Shown here piece by piece: positions 25,649 to 35,349 of a stretch of DNA of 64,000 nt; within the stretch, counting starts at the first letter, position 1, and every line of letters begins with the position of its first letter. The notes beneath the pieces are model-generated. The model had not been told where the DNA came from and ran no database searches. It saw only the letters and a list, made by a program, of their open reading frames with translations. Made by a program: the position numbers and the translations under genes. This DNA comes from Thermoleophilia bacterium. Lineage in GTDB: Bacteria; Actinomycetota; Thermoleophilia; Gaiellales; JAICJC01. Where the stretch lies: the NCBI GenBank assembly GCA_025934255.1, contig JAICYJ010000010.1, forward strand, positions 6,379-70,378. Reading direction: 5' to 3'.

Positions 25649-28600
25649 CGGCCGTCGCCGCCCGCATCCGCTGGCCGGCGCTATGGATGGTGTATCCGGC
25701 CCTCGGCGCGCTGGTCTGCGTGCTCTACGCCTTCGTGCCGCCGGTCGCGGGCAACGGGTTCGTCGTGCCGGGCGTGGGCCTGTCCTGCTCGGTCGCCATC
25801 ATCTTGGGCACCCGCCGCAACAAGCCGGATGCGGCCTGGGCCTGGTACCTGTTCGCGCTCGGGCAGTTCATGTTCGCGATGGGCGACGCCTACACGTACA
25901 TCTACCCGCGCGTGTTCGGCGCGGACGTACCCTTCCCGTCGTGGGGCGACGCCATCTACCTGTCGCTCTACCCGGCGTTGTTCGGAGGCATCTTCATCCT
26001 CGCCCGGCGGCGGAACCCGTCCGGCGAGTGGGCGTCGCTGATCGACTCGCTGATCCTGACCATCGGCCTCGGCCTGATCTCGTGGCTGGTGCTGATCTCG
26101 CCGGTGATCCACGACGACAGCCAGACGCAGCTGGCCCGGATCGTCTCGATCGCCTACCCCACGGCCGACATCCTGCTGCTGGCCGGCGCGCTGCGCCTGG
26201 CGGTCGACAACGGCAAGCGCCAGCCCGCCTTCTACCTGTTGTTCGGCAGCATCACGACGCTGCTCGTGACCGACTTCATCTACGGCGTGATGCTGAACAA
26301 CGGCACCTACAACGGCCAGGTGCTGCTCGACATCGGCTGGATCTCCTACTACCTGCTCTGGGGCACCTCGGCGCTGCACCCGTCGATGCGCACGCTGGAG
26401 GAGCCGGTGCCGGAGAAGGAGACGAGCCTGTCCTGGCAGCGGCTGGGCGTGCTCACGGTCGCCTCGCTGATCGCTCCCGGCCTGCAGGTGCTGCTCGGCG
26501 GCAAGGATGCCGGCGTGGACGTGCTGGTCATGATCGCCGCCTCGATCGGCCTGTTCCTGCTGGTCGTGGCGCGGATGGCGGTGCTGGTCGTGCAGCAGGA
26601 GCGGTCGGTGGAACGCGAACGCGCGCTGCGTGAGGCGGGCACGGCCCTGGTCGGCGCGGCCGCCCGGGCCGACATCGGCGCGGCCGCGCTGTCGGCCGCG
26701 CGCGCGCTGGCCGGAGCCGGCTACTCGGCGCGGCTGTGCCTGCTGACCGGCGAGCAGCTGGAGCTGATCGGGCTGGCGCTGACCGGCGGCACCCTGCTCT
26801 CCCGCGGCACCACTCAGCGGCTGCTGCTGGCCGCCTCGATCCCGACCGCGACCGAGCTGCCCGAGGAGGTCTACAACGAGCTGCTGTTCTCGGAGCGGCC
26901 GCGCACGGCGCACGTGCTCTCGCTGGAGGTGCGCGACGAAGCGCGCGGCGTGCTGCTGGCGGCCGGCCCCGGCAACCTGTCGGGCAGCCAGCGGGCAGCG
27001 CTGCAGTCGCTCGCGACCAGCGTGTCGCTCGCGCTCGAGGGCGCGGCGCTGACGGAGGATCTGCACCGCCGCGAGAGCGAGGCCCGCTTCAGCTCGCTGG
27101 TGGCACGCTCGAGCGACCTGATCACCGTGGTCGCGGGTGACGGCACGGTGCTCTACCAGAGCCCGTCGATCGAGCGGGTGCTGGGCTACGCCGCCGACGA
27201 GGTGATCGGCACCCGCTTCGACGACCTGATGGACGACCACGAGCGAGGGCGGCTGCTGGCGGTGCTGTCGTCCAAGAACAAGCAGCCCGACTCCGGTCCC
27301 GAGGCGATCGACTGCCGCCTGCGCCACCGCGACGGGCGCTGGCTCCAGTTCGAGGTGCTGCACACCAACCTGCTGGACGACGAGCACGTGCGCGGCATCG
27401 TGCTGAACAGCCGCGACGTCAGCGAGCGCAAGGCGTTCGAGGAGCAGCTGGCCCACCAGGCCTTCCACGATTCGCTGACGATGCTGGCGAACCGCGCGCT
27501 GTTCGCCGACCGCGTCGAGCACGCGCTGGCACGCGCCGGCTCGCAGGGCACCGGCATCGCCGTCGTGTTCGGCGACCTGGACGACTTCAAGACCATCAAT
27601 GACAGCCTCGGGCACGGCGCCGGTGACGAGGTGCTGGTCGAGGTCGCCCGCCGGCTGGCCGCGACGGTGCGCCCCGAGGACACGGCCGCCCGCTTCGGCG
27701 GCGACGAGTTCGCCGTGCTGCTGGAGGGGATCGTCACCGACGATGACGCCACCGAGGTGGCCGAGCGCGTGCTGGACGCGTTCCGCCGGCCGATCCAGCT
27801 GGCCGACGCCGAGGTGTTCGTGCGCACCAGCATCGGCATCGCGATCACCCGCGAAGGCGTCGAGTCCACCCCGTCCGAGCTGCTGCGGAACGCCGACGTG
27901 GCCATGTATATCGCAAAGCGCGACGGCAAGGGCGGCTACCGCGTGTTCGAGGAGTCGATGCACGCCGAGGCGCTCGAGCGCCTGGAACTGCGCGCCGACC
28001 TGCAGCGCGCCATCGACTCCGACCAGTTCGCGCTCGTCTACCAGCCGGTTGTGCGGCTTGACGACATGACCGTGTCCGGCGTCGAGGCGCTGCTGCGATG
28101 GCGCCACCCCACGCGCGGCGTGATCGCCCCGGCGCAGTTCATCCCGGCCGCCGAGGACATGGGCCTGATCGTGCCGATCGGCCAGTGGGTGCTGCGCGAG
28201 GCCTTCGCCCAGGCTGTGGAGCTGCAGACACGGTTCCCGTCCGACCCGCAGCTGACGATGGCGGTGAACCTGTCGCCGCGCCAGCTCAACCAGGGCGACA
28301 TCGTCGGCGACGTGCGCCGCGCGATCCGCGACAGCGGCATCGACCCGTCCACGGTCGTGCTCGAGATCACGGAGAGCCTGATGATGACCGACGCCGACCT
28401 GGCCATCAAGCGGCTCGAGGAGATGAAGGGCCTGGGCGTGCGGCTGGCGATGGACGACTTCGGCACGGGCTACTCGTCGCTCAGCTACCTGAGCCGTTTC
28501 CCGGTCGACATCCTGAAGATGGACCGCTCGTTCCTGGAGGCCGAGTCGGACGCCGACAGCGGCCTGGCGGCGGCGGTGGTGGCGCTGGGCGAGACGCTCG

Positions 28601-28824
28601 ACATGCAGGTCGTCGCCGAGGGCATCGAGCTGACCACCCAGATGACGTCGTTGCGCCAGCTCGGCTGCGAGCTCGGCCAGGGCTTCCTGTTCGCACGCCC
28701 GATGGGCATGGAGTCGATCTCCAACTACCTCGACGACGCCAGGGGCGGCAGCTCCGTCCTGCGCCTGCCGCCGCCTGCGCAGGAGCACGACGCGCAGGGC
28801 GAGGCGCAGAGCGATGCAGCATAG
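25645..28824 (+). CDS. Membrane-bound PAS-GGDEF-EAL protein (c-di-GMP cyclase/phosphodiesterase) with a ~280-aa polytopic N-terminal domain
   Basis: ATGA overlap with the upstream stop. PAS region (…DLITVVAGDGTVLYQSPSIERVLGY…), RFGGDEFAVLL, and EAL motifs (EALLRW, EITES, DDFGTGYSSL, EGIE). Confidence 0.9.
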   Translation: MTAVAARIRWPALWMVYPALGALVCVLYAFVPPVAGNGFVVPGVGLSCSVAIILGTRRNKPDAAWAWYLFALGQFMFAMGDAYTYIYPRVFGADVPFPSWGDAIYLSLYPALFGGIFILARRRNPSGEWASLIDSLILTIGLGLISWLVLISPVIHDDSQTQLARIVSIAYPTADILLLAGALRLAVDNGKRQPAFYLLFGSITTLLVTDFIYGVMLNNGTYNGQVLLDIGWISYYLLWGTSALHPSMRTLEEPVPEKETSLSWQRLGVLTVASLIAPGLQVLLGGKDAGVDVLVMIAASIGLFLLVVARMAVLVVQQERSVERERALREAGTALVGAAARADIGAAALSAARALAGAGYSARLCLLTGEQLELIGLALTGGTLLSRGTTQRLLLAASIPTATELPEEVYNELLFSERPRTAHVLSLEVRDEARGVLLAAGPGNLSGSQRAALQSLATSVSLALEGAALTEDLHRRESEARFSSLVARSSDLITVVAGDGTVLYQSPSIERVLGYAADEVIGTRFDDLMDDHERGRLLAVLSSKNKQPDSGPEAIDCRLRHRDGRWLQFEVLHTNLLDDEHVRGIVLNSRDVSERKAFEEQLAHQAFHDSLTMLANRALFADRVEHALARAGSQGTGIAVVFGDLDDFKTINDSLGHGAGDEVLVEVARRLAATVRPEDTAARFGGDEFAVLLEGIVTDDDATEVAERVLDAFRRPIQLADAEVFVRTSIGIAITREGVESTPSELLRNADVAMYIAKRDGKGGYRVFEESMHAEALERLELRADLQRAIDSDQFALVYQPVVRLDDMTVSGVEALLRWRHPTRGVIAPAQFIPAAEDMGLIVPIGQWVLREAFAQAVELQTRFPSDPQLTMAVNLSPRQLNQGDIVGDVRRAIRDSGIDPSTVVLEITESLMMTDADLAIKRLEEMKGLGVRLAMDDFGTGYSSLSYLSRFPVDILKMDRSFLEAESDADSGLAAAVVALGETLDMQVVAEGIELTTQMTSLRQLGCELGQGFLFARPMGMESISNYLDDARGGSSVLRLPPPAQEHDAQGEAQSDAA

Positions 28825-30145
28825 TTATGACTCGCTCGACCGCCCGGGGGGCTTCACCCGAGTAAACCTGGTGGCGCCCCTGCGCCACCGCGACTTCGCG
28901 CTGCTGTGGGGTGGGCAGACCGGCTCGCTGATCGGTGACGGCGTGTTCCTGGTCGCGATGGCGTGGCAGGTGTACGCGCTCTCGAACGCGCCCACCGCGC
29001 TCTCGATGGTCGGCATCGCGATGACGGTGCCCACGGTGGTGCTGCTGCTGATCGGCGGCGTTGTCACCGACCGCTTCGATCGCCGCCGGGTGCTGCTGGC
29101 CGCAGACGCCGTGCGCGGGTTGGCCGTCGGGCTGATGGCGGTGCTGTCGCTGACCGGCACGCTCGAGCTCTGGCACATGTTCGGCCTGGTCGCGCTCTAC
29201 GGCGCCGGCACCGCGTTCTTCGGGCCTGCGTTCGACGCCATCGTGCCCGACCTGCTGCCGGAGTCGGAGCTGGCCCAGGCGAACTCGCTCGACCAGTTCA
29301 TGCGCCCGATCTGCTTCCGGCTGGCCGGGCCCGCCCTGGGCGGCTGGCTGGTGGCGGGGCTGGGCGTGGGCACGGCCTTCGCCGTGGACACGGCGTCGTT
29401 CGCGCTGTCGGCGGCGATGGTGCTGGCGATGTCGTCGCGCGAGTCGCACGCGAGCGGCGGGCACTCGATCGCGGCCGACCTGCGGCAGGGTTTCCGGTTC
29501 GTACGGGGCAACGTGTGGCTGTGGGGTACGCTGGTGTCGGCCGCGATCGCTTACTTCCTGTTCCTGGGGCCGGTCGAGGTGCTGCTCCCCTACGTCGTCA
29601 AGAACAACCTGCACGGCAGCGCCGCGGCGCTGGGCCTGGTGTTCGCGGCCGGCGGCCTCGGCTCGGTGGGCGCCGCGCTGGTGATGAGCCACGTCGGCCA
29701 GCCGCGCCGCAGCATCACGGTCATCTACGCGACCTGGACGCTGGCCACGCTGGCGGTGGCCGGGTACGGGCTGGCCAACTCGGCCTGGCAGCTGATGTTC
29801 GCGAGCTTCGCGTTCAACGCGCTGGAGACGGCCGGCACGATCGTGTGGATGACGCTCAAGCAGCGCGAGGTGCCGGCGGCGATGCTGGGCCGCGTGTCCA
29901 GCCTGGACTGGCTGATCTCGATCGGCCTGCTGCCGATCTCGTTCGCGGTGACGGGCCCGGTGGCCGCCGCGATCGGCGCCCAGACGGCGCTGGTCGTGGC
30001 CGGCGCGGCCGGCGCGCTGGTGACGGTCTCGGCCCTGCTTTTGCCGGGGATGTTCGCCGTCGAGCACCCCGCCGCCGACGCCACGCGGCTGCCCGAGTCC
30101 GACCGCTCGGCCCGGACGCAGAAGCGCGGGTCCAGGGCGGCCTAG
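28814..30145 (+). CDS. MFS transporter (12 TM, EntS/MFS_3-like)
   Basis: …FALLWGGQTGSLIGDGVFLVAMAWQVY… and …VVTDRFDRRRVLL…. The start overlaps the upstream gene by 11 nt. Confidence 0.8.
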   Translation: MQHSYDSLDRPGGFTRVNLVAPLRHRDFALLWGGQTGSLIGDGVFLVAMAWQVYALSNAPTALSMVGIAMTVPTVVLLLIGGVVTDRFDRRRVLLAADAVRGLAVGLMAVLSLTGTLELWHMFGLVALYGAGTAFFGPAFDAIVPDLLPESELAQANSLDQFMRPICFRLAGPALGGWLVAGLGVGTAFAVDTASFALSAAMVLAMSSRESHASGGHSIAADLRQGFRFVRGNVWLWGTLVSAAIAYFLFLGPVEVLLPYVVKNNLHGSAAALGLVFAAGGLGSVGAALVMSHVGQPRRSITVIYATWTLATLAVAGYGLANSAWQLMFASFAFNALETAGTIVWMTLKQREVPAAMLGRVSSLDWLISIGLLPISFAVTGPVAAAIGAQTALVVAGAAGALVTVSALLLPGMFAVEHPAADATRLPESDRSARTQKRGSRAA

Positions 30146-30220
30146 CACCAGGCCTCTGCCGTCAGACCGCTCGGCTACCCTTGCCGGAGTCTGGCGGCGG
30201 AAACGGGAGAAGGAGCGCTC

Positions 30221-31861
30221 ATGCGGCGTGTTCTGGGACGAGCGGCTGCGCTCGCACTGATCGCAGGTTTGTGCGCGACCACCCCCACCGCCGGCGCGGC
30301 CGCGCGAGTGCACACGGCGCCCGCGCTGACGCTTCCCGCCCACGCCGACGGCCTGTCGCGTGCGCTCGCGTCCGGCCGCATCTCTCCCGCCAGGGAGGCG
30401 CTGCTGCGAGCGCAGGCGCTGTTTAGCCCGGCGCGGGTGGCCGCCGTCTACGGGCCGATCGCCCACGGCGGAGGCGACGCCACAATGATCCTGCGCGACC
30501 TGGCGGTGCGGCTGGACGGCTTGGCACCCAGCGATCGCAAGATTGCCCACGCAATCCTGGCCCGGCCCTCCGACTCGGTGGACCCCCAGGGCAACGCCTG
30601 GACCGTCCCGGAGGCGAGCGCCTCACCCGACTGCGGGCCCAACGTCTGCATCCACTGGGTCGACTCCAGCGGAGACAAGCCCAATCTGACCGACACCACA
30701 CCGGCCAACGGCATCCCCGATTACGTCGATCAGGCCCTGGCCGTGGCCGAGAACGTGTGGAGCACCGAGGTCGGCACCATGGGTTACCGGTCGCCGCTGT
30801 CCGACGTCACCTCCACGGACCACGGTCCGGACGGCGGACTCGACATCTACCTCAGCAACCTGGGGCCACAGTTGTACGGGTACTGCACGAGTGACGACCC
30901 CGGCCTGGACATGCCTGGCACGTTCACGGCGTCCGCCTACTGCGTGGTCGACAACAACTACACGGAGCCGGTCTTCCAGAACCACACCCCGATCCAGAAC
31001 CTGAAGGTGACGCTCGCCCACGAGTTCTTCCACGCGGTGCAGTTCGCATACGACATCGGCGAGGACCGCTGGCTGATGGAGGGCACGGCCACATGGATGG
31101 AGGATCAGGTCTACGACGCGATCAACGACAACCGCCAGTACCTCCAGAACAGCCAGCTGAAGTATCCGTGGGTTCCGCTCGACCATTTCAACGGCTGCTG
31201 CTTCCAGTACGGCTCGTGGATCTGGTTCCGGTTCCTGAGCGAGACGATGGGCCCCGGGGTGATCCAGGAGATCTGGGATCGGGCCGACGCCGCCCCCGGC
31301 GGGCCGGACGACTACTCGGCCCAGGCCATCAGCCACGTGCTGGCGGCCCACGGCACCACGTTCCGCAAGAAGTTCGCATCCTTTGCCGTGTGGAACAAGA
31401 TCTCGCGGCAGCGCTACTCCGAGGGCGAGGCGGGCCGCTACCCGACGCCGGTCGGCTCGGGCAGGTTCGCGCTCGGTGCAAGGAACACCAGCACCGGCTG
31501 GCTGGGGGTGAAGCTGAAGCACATGAGCAGCATCTACGTGACCTTCAAGCCGGGCAGCAGCGACGGTGCCCGCGCCCACCTGACGGTGCAGTTCGACGGC
31601 CCTCGCTACGGCTTCGGCCCCGGGGGCCGGCTGATGGTGTTCTCCCGCTCGGGCGCCGTCACCGTGAAGACCTACAAGCTGAACCGGAGCGGCGACGGCT
31701 CGGTTCGGGTCGGGTTCGGCCGCGGCCACGTCTCCAGGGTGGTGCTGATCGAGACCAACGCCAGCACCCGCTTCAGCTGCTGGAGAGGATCGCAGTACTC
31801 GTGCATGGGCTCGCCGCTCGACGACGGCCGCGTCTACCAGTTCCGGGCGCGCATCAGCTAG
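30221..31861 (+). CDS. Secreted putative zinc metalloprotease (HExxH)
   Basis: GGGAGAAGGAG RBS. Signal MRRVLGRAAALALIAGLCATTPTAGA. Active-site-like LAHEFFHAVQFAYD…WLMEGTATWMED. Confidence 0.65.
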   Translation: MRRVLGRAAALALIAGLCATTPTAGAAARVHTAPALTLPAHADGLSRALASGRISPAREALLRAQALFSPARVAAVYGPIAHGGGDATMILRDLAVRLDGLAPSDRKIAHAILARPSDSVDPQGNAWTVPEASASPDCGPNVCIHWVDSSGDKPNLTDTTPANGIPDYVDQALAVAENVWSTEVGTMGYRSPLSDVTSTDHGPDGGLDIYLSNLGPQLYGYCTSDDPGLDMPGTFTASAYCVVDNNYTEPVFQNHTPIQNLKVTLAHEFFHAVQFAYDIGEDRWLMEGTATWMEDQVYDAINDNRQYLQNSQLKYPWVPLDHFNGCCFQYGSWIWFRFLSETMGPGVIQEIWDRADAAPGGPDDYSAQAISHVLAAHGTTFRKKFASFAVWNKISRQRYSEGEAGRYPTPVGSGRFALGARNTSTGWLGVKLKHMSSIYVTFKPGSSDGARAHLTVQFDGPRYGFGPGGRLMVFSRSGAVTVKTYKLNRSGDGSVRVGFGRGHVSRVVLIETNASTRFSCWRGSQYSCMGSPLDDGRVYQFRARIS

Positions 31862-31882
31862 TTCACCCATCGCTTCAGAATC

Positions 31883-31903
31883 AATCCATTGTCTTCATGG
31901 ATT
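31883..31903. other. AT-rich hairpin AATCCAT-tgtcttc-ATGGATT between the protease and CoA-transferase genes (weak terminator or operator candidate)
   Basis: 7-bp perfect stem with a 7-nt loop, 22 nt after the stop at 31859-31861. There is no clear U-tract. Confidence 0.25.
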
Positions 31904-31924
31904 AGTTGAGTCTCGTGCGCGAGG

Positions 31925-33169
31925 ATGCGCGGCATGAGCGCATCCAGCCATGGTCCGCTGTCCGGCCTGGTCGTCCTCGACCTGGCCACCATCTTCGCCG
32001 GCCCGGCCGCGTGCCGTCACCTGGCCGACTTCGGCGCCGACGTGATCAAGGTGGAGCGGCCGCACGCCGGTGACGGCGCCCGCCACCTGGGCGAGTGCGA
32101 CGGAGACGACAGCTTCTACTGGCGCCAGGTGGGCCGCAACAAGCGGCCGATCGAGATCGATCTGAAGTCGCCGCACGGCCGCGAGGTGCTGCTGCGACTG
32201 GTGCGCGGCGCCGACGTGCTGGTCGAGAACTTCCGGCCCGGGGCGCTGGAGCGGCTGGGTCTCGACCCCGAGACGGTGCTGCTGGCGGAGAACCCGGGCC
32301 TGGTGGTGCTGCGGGTGACGGGCTACGGGCAGACCGGCCCCTACGCCAACCGCGCCGGGTTCGGCACCATGGCCGAGGGCATGTCCACGCTGGCGCACAC
32401 CACCGGCCAGCCGGACGGCCCGCCCACGCTGCCGCCGATCGCCCTGGCCGACGAGGTGACCGGCATGCGCGGCGCGTTCGCCGTGCTGGCAGCGCTCCGC
32501 CACCGCGACCGGACCGGCGACGGCCAGGTGATCGACATCAGCCTGCTGGAGTCGCTGGTGGACATGGTGGGACCGGGGCCGGCCATCTACCACCGCACCG
32601 GCCAGTCGGACGGGCGGATCGGGTCGCGGCTGTGCTTCTCGGCGCCGCGCAACATCTACCGATGCTGCGACGGCTACATCGTGCTGTCCGGCTCGGCCAA
32701 CCAGGTCGCGCTGCGGGTGTTCGACGCGATCGGCCGCAGCGACCTGCGCACCGACCCCCGCTTCACGACCGGACGGGCCCGCATCGAGCACGTCGAGCAG
32801 CTGGACGCGATCATCACGGAGTGGACGGTGCGGCACACGGTCGAGCAGGCGATCGAGACGATCGCAGCCGCCGGCGCCGCGGTGGGGCCGGTCTACGACG
32901 CGGAGGCGCTGGTGCGCGACCGCCACGTGCGGGAGCGGGGCTGCTTCGTGGAGGTCGAGAGCCCGGCCGGCAACGACCCGATCCTGCAGCTGGACGTGCA
33001 CCCGCGCATGTCGCTGACGCCGGGACGGATCCGCCACGCCGGCCTCGAGCCGGGAGCCAGCACCGACGAGGTGCTGGCCGAGCTCGGCTACGACGCCGAG
33101 CAGATCGCGGCCCTGCGGGCGCAGGGCGCGGTGGGCGGCGCGGCGGCGCCGGCCGTCGCCGTCGCCTAG
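31925..33169 (+). CDS. Family III CoA-transferase (CaiB/BaiF type)
   Basis: GPLSGLVVLDLATIFAGPAACRHLADFGADVIKVERP… is the canonical N-terminus. 414 aa. Confidence 0.85.
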   Translation: MRGMSASSHGPLSGLVVLDLATIFAGPAACRHLADFGADVIKVERPHAGDGARHLGECDGDDSFYWRQVGRNKRPIEIDLKSPHGREVLLRLVRGADVLVENFRPGALERLGLDPETVLLAENPGLVVLRVTGYGQTGPYANRAGFGTMAEGMSTLAHTTGQPDGPPTLPPIALADEVTGMRGAFAVLAALRHRDRTGDGQVIDISLLESLVDMVGPGPAIYHRTGQSDGRIGSRLCFSAPRNIYRCCDGYIVLSGSANQVALRVFDAIGRSDLRTDPRFTTGRARIEHVEQLDAIITEWTVRHTVEQAIETIAAAGAAVGPVYDAEALVRDRHVRERGCFVEVESPAGNDPILQLDVHPRMSLTPGRIRHAGLEPGASTDEVLAELGYDAEQIAALRAQGAVGGAAAPAVAVA

Positions 33170-34587
33170 GTCTCGGCCAGGGCCTCCCCCACCTCGAGGG
33201 CGATCTCGACCAGCGCAGCCACGTCGGCGTCGCTGGTGCGGAAGTTGACGATGCAGGGCCGCAGGTACACACGGCCGTCGATGGCGGCCGGGGCGACGTA
33301 GACGCGGGCGTCGCGCTGCAGCTCGACGGACAGCCGCGCGTTGTGCGCGTCCAGGTCGGCAACGCCGGCCGGGACGTGCCGGAACGGCACGATCGAGAGC
33401 TGCGGAGGGCCCAGCGCCTCCAGATCCGGCTGAGCGGTGACCAGCTCGTGGAGCAGCGCCGCCTGGCGCAGGTTGCGCCGCACCGCCCGGCGGAAGGCCT
33501 CCGCGCCGTGCACGCGAAAGGCCAGCCACAGCTTCAGCGCGCGGAACGGGCGCGAGTACTCGAGCGTGACGTCGACGGCGTGCGGCTCGTGGCGCTCGTG
33601 CGGCAGGTAGCCCTCGTCGTGCGCGAACGAGTGGTGCAGGTCCTCGCGCCTGCGCACCAGGATCACGCCGCAGGCCTTCGGCAGGTAGAGCCACTTGTGG
33701 GCGTCGAGCGATACCGAGTCGGCCTGGTCGAGCCCGGCGAACAGGGCGCCGGTCTCGGGCAGGCAGGCGGCCGCCAGCCCGTAGGCGCCGTCCACGTGCA
33801 GCCACACCCCGCGCTCCTGGCAGAGAGCGGCCAGGGGCGCGATCGGATCGACCGCGCCGGTCAGCGTGGTGCCCGCCGTGGCGATCACGGCGACCGGCGT
33901 GACGCCCGCGGCGCGGTCGCGGTCGAGCAGCTCGGCCAGCTCGCCCGGCACCATACGGCGGTCGCCGTCGAGGCCGACCGGCCGCACGTTCGCGGCGCCG
34001 ATGCCGAGCAGCTCGGCTGCACGCATCACCGAGTAGTGGGCCTCGGCCGAGCAGTAGACCGCCGCCCGCAGGTCGCCCATGCCGGCGGCGCGCGCGCCCG
34101 GCAGCGCCCGCTCGCGGGCGGCGGCCAGGGCGGTCAGATTGCTGATGGTGCCGCCGCTCGTGAACGCGCCGCCGCCGACGGGGTAGCCGACCAGCTCCCC
34201 GACCCAGCGCACGGCCTGCTCCTCGATGGCGGACGCGGCACCGGCGTAGACCGCAAGATTGGCATCGAAGCAGGAGGCCAGCGCGTCGGCGACGACGCCG
34301 ATCGGCAGGCCGGACGACCCCACGAAGGCGAAGTAGCGAGGGCGGGGCTGGGCGATGCTCTCGTCGAGGATCTGGGCGGCCTCCTCGAGCGCGCGGGTGA
34401 CGGGCTCCGGCGTGTCGGGCAGGGGTTCGCGCAGCACAGCCCGCAGATCATCGTCGACGGTGGGCTGTCCCGGCCGAGCCTGGTCGAAGCTGTTCCAGGC
34501 CTGGCTGATCAGCGTCACGGCGAGCTGCAGCACCTCATCCCGAGGCGCGTCCAGCTGCAGTTCGGGGGCATCGCCGACCGCGCTCAT
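33166..34587 (-). CDS. Group II pyridoxal-dependent decarboxylase (copy 1)
   Basis: …SGGTISNLTALAAARE… and the PLP-lysine motif SLDAHKWLYLPKACG. The start was chosen at ATG 34587 (MSAVGDAPEL…). Confidence 0.8.
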   Translation of the reverse strand: MSAVGDAPELQLDAPRDEVLQLAVTLISQAWNSFDQARPGQPTVDDDLRAVLREPLPDTPEPVTRALEEAAQILDESIAQPRPRYFAFVGSSGLPIGVVADALASCFDANLAVYAGAASAIEEQAVRWVGELVGYPVGGGAFTSGGTISNLTALAAARERALPGARAAGMGDLRAAVYCSAEAHYSVMRAAELLGIGAANVRPVGLDGDRRMVPGELAELLDRDRAAGVTPVAVIATAGTTLTGAVDPIAPLAALCQERGVWLHVDGAYGLAAACLPETGALFAGLDQADSVSLDAHKWLYLPKACGVILVRRREDLHHSFAHDEGYLPHERHEPHAVDVTLEYSRPFRALKLWLAFRVHGAEAFRRAVRRNLRQAALLHELVTAQPDLEALGPPQLSIVPFRHVPAGVADLDAHNARLSVELQRDARVYVAPAAIDGRVYLRPCIVNFRTSDADVAALVEIALEVGEALAET

Positions 34588-34600
34588 GCGTGCACTGTAC

Positions 34601-35272
34601 TCAGGCGGGCGGCGGCCGGAAGCTGCGCTGGCCCTGTACCAGGATGCGCCCGTCCAGCGGACGCCAGAGCAGCTCCTGGGTCTCGTCATGGTCGTCGAAG
34701 CGACACAGCACCAACGTCCGCGGGCCGACGCTTCCGATCAGCTCCGCCGACCGCAGGCCGTCGATGCGCGGAGCGGCACCGGCGCGCCCGGCGGCGAAGT
34801 CCGGCGCCCACAGCGCCATCACGGCGGCCGCGTCGTGAGCGTTGAGCGCATCGACGTAACCCCGCGCCGCGTCCTGGGCGGCCAGCTTGGTGGCGAGGCG
34901 TGCCAGCCGGCCGGTATCGCCGGCCGCCTCCAGCGCGGCGCGGTCGATCAGCGTGAACAGGCGCTCGTCCTCGACCAGCGGACGCCCGGCGGCCGGCGTC
35001 CACTGCTGCTCGACGACGTAGGCCGGATAGGCGGCGCCGGGCGTGATGGCGTGCAGCATGGTGTGACGGCCGAGCAGGCCGAGCGTGCGTGCGGCAACGG
35101 CGTGCTCGGCCAGCGGAGCCAGCTCCTCGGCGGCGGCGCGCACCCACAGCTCCTCCGTGGTGAGGCCACGCAGGGCATCCATGTCGTGCGCGAGCAGCGC
35201 GTCGCGGACGGCCTCGGCCCCGGCCCACAGCGTGCGATCGTCGACGCCCTGCACCGCGGCAGGATCGCACAT
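34601..35272 (-). CDS. Hypothetical protein with a C-terminal NTF2/SnoaL-like segment
   Basis: 223-aa ORF with GC3 bias, 13 nt upstream of the decarboxylase gene on the same strand. …AARGYVDALNAHDAAAVMALWAPDF… resembles SnoaL-like folds. Confidence 0.5.
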   Translation of the reverse strand: MCDPAAVQGVDDRTLWAGAEAVRDALLAHDMDALRGLTTEELWVRAAAEELAPLAEHAVAARTLGLLGRHTMLHAITPGAAYPAYVVEQQWTPAAGRPLVEDERLFTLIDRAALEAAGDTGRLARLATKLAAQDAARGYVDALNAHDAAAVMALWAPDFAAGRAGAAPRIDGLRSAELIGSVGPRTLVLCRFDDHDETQELLWRPLDGRILVQGQRSFRPPPA

Positions 35273-35349
35273 GTCGATTTCGGCACGCGCCCGTTCGTCA
35301 TAGGATCGAGGCGGCGACCCACGCCGCCAACCAACGAACGGAGGAAGCG

